NCBI GenBank assembly: GCA_964584225.1
Contig: CAZOZG010000002.1
Span: 5,127-69,126 of the forward strand
Origin: an uncultured Candidatus Saccharibacteria bacterium
GTDB taxonomy: Bacteria; Patescibacteriota; Minisyncoccia; Phycocordibacterales; UBA2100
DNA: 64,000 bases
Direction of reading: 5' to 3'
The notes under the pieces were generated by a model. The model saw only the letters and a program-made list of their open reading frames with translations, ran no database searches and was not told where the DNA came from. Shown piece by piece: positions 54,986-62,392 of this stretch (the stretch's first letter is position 1; each line of letters begins with the position of its first letter). A program made the position numbers and the translations under genes.

Positions 54986-56119
54986 CTACTGGTACTGAAT
55001 GTAAATCGGCGACGGTGTGAGCTTCAATACTTGCGCAGGTGTCATCATGCCGGTCGATGGTGGCTTGAGGTCGTTTTTGTAGAAAAGCTTGAAGCCGGTG
55101 AATTGCACAGGCTCATCTGCAACGATGTTGACGAAGGTATTGATTTTCTTCGCCTGATCGCCCCAGCCGTCCATATCCATCACGATCTGCACTTCTGGCA
55201 ACGGCTGTATTTTCTCCGCATTCGTGACCATGTCTTGCGTAAAGCGATGAATCATCAGAATTTTCGGGGGAAGGTCGTGATCACGTACAATGCCCGCAAG
55301 ATACGTGGCGACCCAATTGATGTCGGTCGCATCGAGTGTGCCAATTTCATCGCCTGGCGGGATTGCGTGTTTCATCGAGAACTCGGGATCGACGCCGACC
55401 ATGACATTTGGCATCGCGAGATATTTCTCATACTGCGGCAATTCTTTTTGCACCGTCGAAAAACCAACCTGAAAATCCAAAAAAACGAGTCCGTGGACCT
55501 GTTGTGCGAGCTCAAGCGCTTTATCGATTTGATCGTCTGGCATGCGGGCGCGATACATGCCATCGGCGCCTTTCGAGGCTTGCGCGGTGACGACGATGTA
55601 ATGAAGGGCAGGTACGACCGGAGTCGAAGGATCTGCGGCGGCCCATTGCACTGTCGTTGACGCGAGACGCTGGAGCATTTCTTCCGGCGGGTACTGACCA
55701 AGGACACCCATTTGAGTGGAATAGAAATTGCCGTAGTAGGCGACAATACGATTGAACGGCAGGAGCGCGCCATCATTCGGGTAGACGGCTTTCGCTGGCC
55801 ATGCGGGCCTATGCGTTTTGGTGTTCGTCGCAAAGCCGTTCGCGTCGAGTGGAGTCGTCGTGCCGGCGAGAAACGCGAAGTACCAAGGACTTGAAGTGGC
55901 GATGTGCGCGAGTGCGAGTAGCTTTTCGTCGTACGCGCGCTTATCGAGGGGCGGACGCGTGATGCGTACTGTGTCGACGGGGTTGTCGCGATCGAAGGAA
56001 ACTTGCGGCGCGGCGAGCGAGATAGCGCTCGCCGCGCCGCCCAACACGATCACAATGCCAGCGAGGTAGCCAGCGTTACGCCATGTCATTCCCATCTGTT
56101 TTCGGAGCGCTTTCAGCAT
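54986..56119 (-). CDS. Hypothetical secreted or membrane-anchored protein, possibly a TIM-barrel glycosidase-like fold (very tentative).
   Basis: N-terminal anchor GYLAGIVIVLGGAASAISLA. The track ORF extends to 56182; likely starts are 56119 or 56092. Confidence 0.3.
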   Translation of the reverse strand: MLKALRKQMGMTWRNAGYLAGIVIVLGGAASAISLAAPQVSFDRDNPVDTVRITRPPLDKRAYDEKLLALAHIATSSPWYFAFLAGTTTPLDANGFATNTKTHRPAWPAKAVYPNDGALLPFNRIVAYYGNFYSTQMGVLGQYPPEEMLQRLASTTVQWAAADPSTPVVPALHYIVVTAQASKGADGMYRARMPDDQIDKALELAQQVHGLVFLDFQVGFSTVQKELPQYEKYLAMPNVMVGVDPEFSMKHAIPPGDEIGTLDATDINWVATYLAGIVRDHDLPPKILMIHRFTQDMVTNAEKIQPLPEVQIVMDMDGWGDQAKKINTFVNIVADEPVQFTGFKLFYKNDLKPPSTGMMTPAQVLKLTPSPIYIQYQ

Positions 56120-56388
56120 AAGTCTGACTCTGATGCGGCATGACCGGCTGCTTGGGCAGGCGGCTGCGGACAATAATGCCAAGTATGATCACGAGCACCC
56201 CCGCAGCAAACGCCAACACGTCGTGCCAACTTTGCGGTACCCCCAAAAAAGGCTGTAGTGCAACAAACGTCCCGGCAAGTATGATGAGCGCATCAAGCGT
56301 CATATAATCGATTCCGGAAAGTATATCGCACGTTGTGTGAATGGTACACTTCATCCCATTACCATCTGTCGTAGCTCATCTTAGACAT

Positions 56389-56766
56389 ATGATTGATCAT
56401 GCAGGCGTGCACGTTAGCGATTACGAAAAGTCGAAAGCATATTACACACAAGCACTCGCCCCGCTTGGCTATACGCTCATTGCCGACTACGCAGAGTACA
56501 AAGCTGCGGGTTTTGGTGAAAGCGGCAAGGCAGATTTTTGGATCAGTGGCGATGGCGCCGAACAGGATAATCACGTTGCATTTTCCGCAAAAGATAAAGC
56601 AACGGTCAACGCATACTACAAAGCGGCGATGGCCGCAGCTGGCACAGACAACGGTGCACCCGGCTATCGCAAAGATTACTCGCCCGGCTACTACGCGGCA
56701 TTCGTGAAAGACCTGGATGGTCACAACATTGAGGTCGTCTTCCACGATCCAAACCCGAGCGCCTAG
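56389..56766 (+). CDS. VOC (glyoxalase/bleomycin-resistance) family protein.
   Basis: MIDHAGVHVSDYEKSKAYYTQALAPLGY...HVAFSAKDKATVNAYY...GHNIEVVFHD. The track start of 56341 is an alternative. Confidence 0.55.
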   Translation: MIDHAGVHVSDYEKSKAYYTQALAPLGYTLIADYAEYKAAGFGESGKADFWISGDGAEQDNHVAFSAKDKATVNAYYKAAMAAAGTDNGAPGYRKDYSPGYYAAFVKDLDGHNIEVVFHDPNPSA

Positions 56767-57431
56767 GGTTCAATGATGACGACAAACTCGCCGCGGGCCT
56801 TCTGGCCCGCGGCGAGTTTTTCTTCCAACTCTTTCGGCGCACCAGAAAGTACTTCTTCGTGCATTTTGGTGAGCTCGCGAGCGATTGTGATGCTCGCTTT
56901 TGGTACAAATGAACCAAGCTCCTTCAACAATTTCAAAATTCGGTGTGGCGATTCGTAGAGTACGACGGGGACATCGCTTTTTGCAATTTGTTTGATCGCG
57001 GTTTGCCTTCCCTTTTTGTGCGGTAGAAATCCAATAAACGTAAAAGACTGCGCATCGATACCTGCGATCGACAGTGCAGCAGTGAGCGCGCTTGGGCCTG
57101 GTACTGCGTCGACGATGCCGCCGTGCTCGCGAACAAACGCAACCAAGCGAGAACCGGGGTCCGAAATTCCTGGCGTCCCGGCGTCAGTCACGTAGCAAAT
57201 GTGCTCCCCTCGCTCGAGCCGTTCGAGCACTTCTTTCGCGCCTTTCATCTCCGTCGCCGCATCGAGTCGATGGACCGATTTACGCAAACCGTAGTGGTTT
57301 AAGAGCTTTAGGATTTCACGCGTGTCTTCCGCATAAATTGCCGTGCATTCTTTCAGGTTCCACAGTGCGCGGAAGGTGATGTCGCCCATATTTCCGATGG
57401 GAGTTGCGACGATTGAAAGTTTGCCTTGAGC
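56763..57431 (-). CDS. rsmI: 16S rRNA (cytidine1402-2'-O)-methyltransferase.
   Basis: KLSIVATPIGNMGDITFRALWNLKECTAIYAEDTRE...VTDAGTPGISDPG...LYESPHRILKLL. Confidence 0.8.
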   Translation of the reverse strand, partial: AQGKLSIVATPIGNMGDITFRALWNLKECTAIYAEDTREILKLLNHYGLRKSVHRLDAATEMKGAKEVLERLERGEHICYVTDAGTPGISDPGSRLVAFVREHGGIVDAVPGPSALTAALSIAGIDAQSFTFIGFLPHKKGRQTAIKQIAKSDVPVVLYESPHRILKLLKELGSFVPKASITIARELTKMHEEVLSGAPKELEEKLAAGQKARGEFVVIIEP

Positions 57432-57450
57432 CATGCGAAAGACGCTACCA

Positions 57451-58092
57451 TCATTCGCTCGCATTGAGAAGCTGCCACAGCTCATCGGTATCAGTCGCGA
57501 CTCGCACGCCAGTATTACTGAGTGCGTTCATCGAATTGAATCCCCACGATACCGCAATCATATCGATGCCCGCGGCGCGGCACGCCTCGACGTCACGTAT
57601 TTCATCTCCGATGTATACAGTGGACGATGGGTCGAGGTGTTCCTGTCGAATTGTTTTGCGTAGCGCGTGGGATTTACCAAAAATTGACGCTCCTGCTCGC
57701 ACAAAATCTGGGCGAATGGTAGCGCTTCTGAGTATCGCCGTGACGGTACGATCCGAATTTGACGAGACGATTCCGACGCGCACGCGCGCACCTTCGAGGC
57801 GTTCGATCAGGTCAGGGATACCCTCTACAACCTCCACATGAGCGACCCGTTTTTCGAATTCTTCCCGACCTCTGCGCTGCATCTGATAGACCTTCCACAT
57901 ATTCCAGCGCGCGGTGCCAAGTCGGCGCGTGAGCACATCGCGCGCATTTTCCTCTCGCAACGCCGTGATTTCTTCTGATCGAATCGGCGCGAAACTAAAT
58001 TCCTTTGCAAGCACGTTGATCGTCTCCAGCGTGGCGAGTTCGCTTTTTGCGATCGTGCCGTCAAAATCAAAAATGACCGTTTTGTATCGCAT
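57451..58092 (-). CDS. HAD-superfamily hydrolase.
   Basis: MRYKTVIFDFDGTIAKSE (motif I), and VYIGDEIRDVEA (motif IV). Confidence 0.65.
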   Translation of the reverse strand: MRYKTVIFDFDGTIAKSELATLETINVLAKEFSFAPIRSEEITALREENARDVLTRRLGTARWNMWKVYQMQRRGREEFEKRVAHVEVVEGIPDLIERLEGARVRVGIVSSNSDRTVTAILRSATIRPDFVRAGASIFGKSHALRKTIRQEHLDPSSTVYIGDEIRDVEACRAAGIDMIAVSWGFNSMNALSNTGVRVATDTDELWQLLNASE

Positions 58093-58093
58093 A

Positions 58094-59365
58094 CTAATCA
58101 GCAATTTGCTCAGCAACTTTGTATATATCGCCCGCGCCCATTGTGATAATGAGTGTACCTTTGCCTTCATCGAGTAAACGATCACGGATCGCGTCAAAAG
58201 AATCGAGCGCGGTCACGTTGCGCCCAGCCGCGCGAGCGAGCGTGTGATTGGAGACAGTCGGATCGGGTGCTTCACGTGCCGGGTAGATAGGCGCGACGAT
58301 CGCTTTATCGGCGCTTGCGAGCGCGGCTGCGAATTCTTTCTGTAAACTTTTGGTTCGACTATAGAGGTGCGGATGGAATGCGACAACGATTTTATGACCG
58401 GGAAATTTCCATCGCGCAGCATCGATTGTGAGAGCAATCGCCGTCGGATGGTGCGCGTAGTCGTCATACACGATTGCACCGAGCGGCGTTTCGCCCTTGT
58501 ACTCGAAGCGACGCCACGACCCTTTGAAATCGGCGAGCGCGTCATTAATCGCGCTTTGTTCGATATCGGGAAACGCAGCGCGCGCCGCGGCCGCCGCGGC
58601 GCGCGCATTCATTTTGTTGAATTCCCCCAGGAGACCAATCTCGGGCACGTCCACTTTCGTGAAATCGATTACCGTCGCTGAAACATTCCGCAACGCCGGT
58701 GCGACATTCGAATCCTCCGGATTTGTCACGATGAAACCGTGTCGTGGGACTTTTTCAGCAGCTTTCCGGAACGTCTCCTGCAGCGCAGCGAGATCGGGAA
58801 AATAATCCGTGTGATCTAATTCGCAGTTGGTAATAACCAAAATCTCAGGAGACAATTTCAAAACGTGATCACGATACTCACACGCTTCAACGACAAAAAG
58901 ATCATCGCGACCTGCAAGAAAATTCGATCCAAAATCTCGCACGATCGATCCGACGATCGCCGTCGGCTCTTTATGCGCGTCGCGCAAGATTTTCGCGAGC
59001 ATGCCGGTCGTCGTCGTCTTGCCATGCGTCCCTGTTATGGCGATCGTGCGCGCATCTTTCGACACCTCACCGAGCGCTTCGAAATACGACATCCCTGGAA
59101 TCTGCATTTCCTTCGCGCGAATACGTTCGACATTGTCGCTCCAGACCGCATCGCTGTAGATCAAAAGCTCACTGTCAGCCGGAATATTGCATTGGTCGTG
59201 TCCAATCGCGACTGTGATTCCCTTTTGTGCCAACAAGGCAGTCGTCGGCGATTCTTCTCTATCTGAACCTCTCACATCAGTCCCTCGATGCTTCAGCAAT
59301 TGCGCGAGCGCGGACATGCCGATGCCTCCGATCCCGACCATATAGATCTTTTGCGGGAGTTGCAT
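58094..59365 (-). CDS. murC: UDP-N-acetylmuramate--L-alanine ligase.
   Basis: IYMVGIGGIGMSALAQLL...AITGTHGKTTTT. Confidence 0.88.
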   Translation of the reverse strand: MQLPQKIYMVGIGGIGMSALAQLLKHRGTDVRGSDREESPTTALLAQKGITVAIGHDQCNIPADSELLIYSDAVWSDNVERIRAKEMQIPGMSYFEALGEVSKDARTIAITGTHGKTTTTGMLAKILRDAHKEPTAIVGSIVRDFGSNFLAGRDDLFVVEACEYRDHVLKLSPEILVITNCELDHTDYFPDLAALQETFRKAAEKVPRHGFIVTNPEDSNVAPALRNVSATVIDFTKVDVPEIGLLGEFNKMNARAAAAAARAAFPDIEQSAINDALADFKGSWRRFEYKGETPLGAIVYDDYAHHPTAIALTIDAARWKFPGHKIVVAFHPHLYSRTKSLQKEFAAALASADKAIVAPIYPAREAPDPTVSNHTLARAAGRNVTALDSFDAIRDRLLDEGKGTLIITMGAGDIYKVAEQIAD

Positions 59366-59442
59366 AAGTACCAGTATACAGATTAAAGTGCTGACGGTTG
59401 TAGAACCTTAACGTACCCTATAGTGCTTCAGAGGAGAGTCCA

Positions 59443-60243
59443 ATGGCGCTACCTTCGAGTATTACAAGCGAGGTCGGCGCTTCGGTGCAACCTCCCAAGA
59501 TCCTGATCGAAGATTTGCACTTCCGCTATGGTACCAACCACGTCCTCAAAGGCGTGAACATGCCGATTCGCGAACGATGCGTGACTGCCATTATCGGGCC
59601 ATCGGGTTGCGGCAAATCTACCTTACTTCGTGTTCTTAATCGCATATACGATCTTTACCCAAATCAGCGTGCGGAAGGGAAAGTGCTGTTGGACGGGGTG
59701 AACATACTCGCGCCTGGTACCGACCTCAATCTCTTGCGAGCGCGCGTCGGTATGGTGTTTCAGAAAGCGACGCCGTTTCCGATGTCGATTTATGAAAACA
59801 TCGCATTCGGCATTCGCTTGTACAACCGCTTGCCGAAATCTGAAATTGATGCACGAGTACAACACTATCTGAAAAAAGCGGTGCTTTGGGAAGAAGTAAA
59901 AGACAAGCTGCGCACAAACGCCAACAGTCTGTCGGGTGGCCAGCAGCAGCGCTTGTGCATTGCCCGCTCGATCGCGATTCAGCCCGAGGTGCTTTTGTTC
60001 GACGAACCGTGCTCTGCGCTTGATCCGATATCAACCGCAAAGATCGAGGAGTTGCTCGATGAGCTGAGAAGCGATTACACGATTGTGATCGTCACTCACA
60101 ACCTGCAACAAGCTGCACGAATCGGTGATTTCACCGCCTTCATGCTGCTTGGTGAGCTTATCGAATTCGATAGCTCGCTCAAGATAGCAACGAATCCGAG
60201 CCGTCGAGAAACGTCGGACTACATCACTGGTCGTTTTGGTTGA
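59443..60243 (+). CDS. pstB: Phosphate ABC transporter ATP-binding protein.
   Basis: [20 protein letters not shown]...[22 protein letters not shown]...[34 protein letters not shown]...YITGRF matches the PstB signature along its full length. Confidence 0.85.
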   Translation: MALPSSITSEVGASVQPPKILIEDLHFRYGTNHVLKGVNMPIRERCVTAIIGPSGCGKSTLLRVLNRIYDLYPNQRAEGKVLLDGVNILAPGTDLNLLRARVGMVFQKATPFPMSIYENIAFGIRLYNRLPKSEIDARVQHYLKKAVLWEEVKDKLRTNANSLSGGQQQRLCIARSIAIQPEVLLFDEPCSALDPISTAKIEELLDELRSDYTIVIVTHNLQQAARIGDFTAFMLLGELIEFDSSLKIATNPSRRETSDYITGRFG

Positions 60244-60282
60244 GATTTGCCGCTTTGCGCATACGCGCAAAGCGGCAATTTT

Positions 60283-61605
60283 TTATACTGCCGACACAAT
60301 TTTCAAAAATTGATCGTTGCGATCAAATTCGTTCTTAAAATATTTCCCGAAAGAAGCAAACGCGGGGCTGTAAAGTACGGTTTCGCCTGGCTCGGCAACC
60401 TGGAACGCACGCACGACCGTCGCCTTCAATCCCTCTTCCTCATACACCTGGACGGCCGGTTGTAGGGCAAATATATCTTCTCGAATCCGTTCCGAGCCGC
60501 GCTCTTTGAAGAGAACAACCTTCGAACACCACTTCGGGATCTCTTGTATCAATTCCGACATATCGAGTCCCTTATCATCGCCGCCCATGATCAGCACAAC
60601 GCCCTTCTTATGCTGATCACCGACTGCACGAAGGGCCGCGATCGTCGCTGTGGGTGTCGTCGAATTATTATCGTTATAGATTTTCACGCCGTTCACGTCC
60701 CGCAAAAATTGCAATCGCCCCTCGACACCTTCGAACGATTCAAGTCCGTCTTTCACTTCTTCGTCGGAAAGTCCGAGTGCCATGAGCACAGCTGCAGCGA
60801 GAGCCGCATTTTCACGATTGTGTTCTCCGACGACCCGCAATTTCCAATCATGTGGGAGAGGCACGGGCGTCATGGCCCCGACTGAGGGTTTCGTTGCAGC
60901 GACGCGCTCCGCGATCGAGGTACCAACGATTAATTTATCGTCTTTCGTTTGAAACTTGAAAATGTTTGTTTTGTCTGCAAAATACGTTTCCATATCAGGA
61001 TAATAATTGAGATGATCGGCAGAAAGATTCGTCACGACGGCGATGTGCGGACTGATTTTGAGTTCTCCAAAACCTTGGAGCTGCCATGAGTCGAGTTCCA
61101 AGACTGCAACGTCGCCTTTTTTCACACTGTGCAGCATGGCGAGCGTTGATTTACCGCGAATATTGCCACCGAGCAGCGCGTGCTTCCCAGCACGCACGAG
61201 AGTTCGATAAATCATGTGTGTCACGGTGGACTTGGCGCGTGTACCGGTAACACCGACGATTGTTGCGCCCATTTCCGACGCATATTTTGCAAAAAGCGCG
61301 GTTGACATCATGACAGGCACGCCCGCTTTCTGGGCAGCGGCGATTTCTGGCGAGTTCAGCGGCACCCCTGCCGCCTTCAATACCATGTCTGCATCTGTAA
61401 AATCAGCCATGTCGTGACCACCAAGATGAAATGCAACGTTCTTAAAATGCTCGAGTTTTTTAACGGACACGGCGAGTTCATCCGATGTCTTTTTGTCCGT
61501 TACGACGATTTCAGCCCCACAATTGGCTAAGAATTCGACATCACCTACCCCGCGACCGAGGAGTCCAAGACCCATTACCGTGATCTTTTTGCCCTCAAAT
61601 GGCAT
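60283..61605 (-). CDS. murD: UDP-N-acetylmuramoylalanine--D-glutamate ligase.
   Basis: KKITVMGLGLLGRG...GVTGTRAKSTVTHMIY. Confidence 0.85.
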   Translation of the reverse strand: MPFEGKKITVMGLGLLGRGVGDVEFLANCGAEIVVTDKKTSDELAVSVKKLEHFKNVAFHLGGHDMADFTDADMVLKAAGVPLNSPEIAAAQKAGVPVMMSTALFAKYASEMGATIVGVTGTRAKSTVTHMIYRTLVRAGKHALLGGNIRGKSTLAMLHSVKKGDVAVLELDSWQLQGFGELKISPHIAVVTNLSADHLNYYPDMETYFADKTNIFKFQTKDDKLIVGTSIAERVAATKPSVGAMTPVPLPHDWKLRVVGEHNRENAALAAAVLMALGLSDEEVKDGLESFEGVEGRLQFLRDVNGVKIYNDNNSTTPTATIAALRAVGDQHKKGVVLIMGGDDKGLDMSELIQEIPKWCSKVVLFKERGSERIREDIFALQPAVQVYEEEGLKATVVRAFQVAEPGETVLYSPAFASFGKYFKNEFDRNDQFLKIVSAV

Positions 61606-61669
61606 GCAAACATTCGACATCGTGCTGCAACTATATCACTTGCGCTTCAAAGTTTCTCATTCTCGAATC

Positions 61670-61699
61670 TGTTATCCACTTGTCGAAAATCAGTGCACA
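61670..61699 (+). promoter_or_regulatory. Sigma70-like promoter upstream of the DUF4430 gene.
   Basis: TTGTCG (61670..61675), 18-nt spacer, TACAAT (61694..61699). The predicted transcription start near 61706 leaves an approximately 180-nt leader. Confidence 0.4.
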
Positions 61700-61705
61700 A
61701 GAGTA

Positions 61706-61885
61706 CAATGCGCGTCCCAGTTGATTGTGGAAGTCGGGTTTCATCCCCGCACTGTGCCGCAACGGTAATGTCCTTCGCTGTAGCGAGGGAACGAGTCCGG
61801 TCTTCGATCAACTGTACATCCCGAGCAGGACAGCACCGCATACGGTGTTCGATCGAAAGATCTCTGCTTCGGGCAGGGATTTTTT
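61706..61885 (+). ncRNA. Candidate cobalamin riboswitch / structured 5' leader ending in a T-tract immediately before the ATG.
   Basis: GGAAGTCGGGTTTCATCC...CCCCGCACTGTG...GGTAATG (61729..61770) resembles the GGGAA..GGTG.AA.TCC...CCCGCCACTGTAA core of cobalamin riboswitches. A CCCGAGCAG / CTGCTTCGGG stem and TTTTTT (61880..61885) precede the start codon. Downstream genes are DUF4430 (B12-binding-type) proteins. Confidence 0.3.
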
Positions 61886-62383
61886 ATGCGAAAACACATC
61901 ACAATCATCATCGCACTTATCGCGGCCGCGATCAGCGTCGTCACGTTGTCGACACTACAAGAGCGCACGAGCACAGCAGTCGCCCCATCGGCGCAACAAA
62001 ACGTACAGCAATCTGAACCGGCGCCTGCATCGCAGGCGCCGGCTGCGAGCCATTCTTCGAACCCGACTCCCGCCGCATCTTCCAATGCGCCGGCACCCAA
62101 TGTCACTCTCCTTGTCGGCAGCTCTTCGTACCACACATTTATCCCAACGGGATCGACGGTCTTTGATCTCATGCGGACACTCGCCTCAACCACGGACTTC
62201 CGTTTTACCTATCGCACGTATCAATCGCTCGGCGCATTTATCGAATCGATCGATGGCATGGCAAACGCGCACGATTGGTACTGGTTTCTCTACATCAATG
62301 GCAAATCGTCGCAGACCGGAGCAACGCAAACAGCACTCAACCCTGGCGACACGGTCGAGTGGCGATATGAGAAAAATTATTAA
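61886..62383 (+). CDS. Secreted DUF4430-like protein (intrinsic-factor/transcobalamin beta-domain-like).
   Basis: Signal/TM anchor ITIIIALIAAAISVV, then an S/P/A-rich linker, then GSTVFDLMRTL...AFIESIDGMANAHDWYWFLYINGKSSQTGATQTALNPGDTVEWRYE. Confidence 0.4.
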   Translation: MRKHITIIIALIAAAISVVTLSTLQERTSTAVAPSAQQNVQQSEPAPASQAPAASHSSNPTPAASSNAPAPNVTLLVGSSSYHTFIPTGSTVFDLMRTLASTTDFRFTYRTYQSLGAFIESIDGMANAHDWYWFLYINGKSSQTGATQTALNPGDTVEWRYEKNY

Positions 62384-62392
62384 TTAGTAGTA

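Noticed and set aside
54230-55660. 476-aa plus-strand ORF.
   Set aside because: Antisense to the VirD4-like ATPase and the upstream secreted protein. No recognisable domain; the coding signal, including the Walker motifs, is on the opposite strand.
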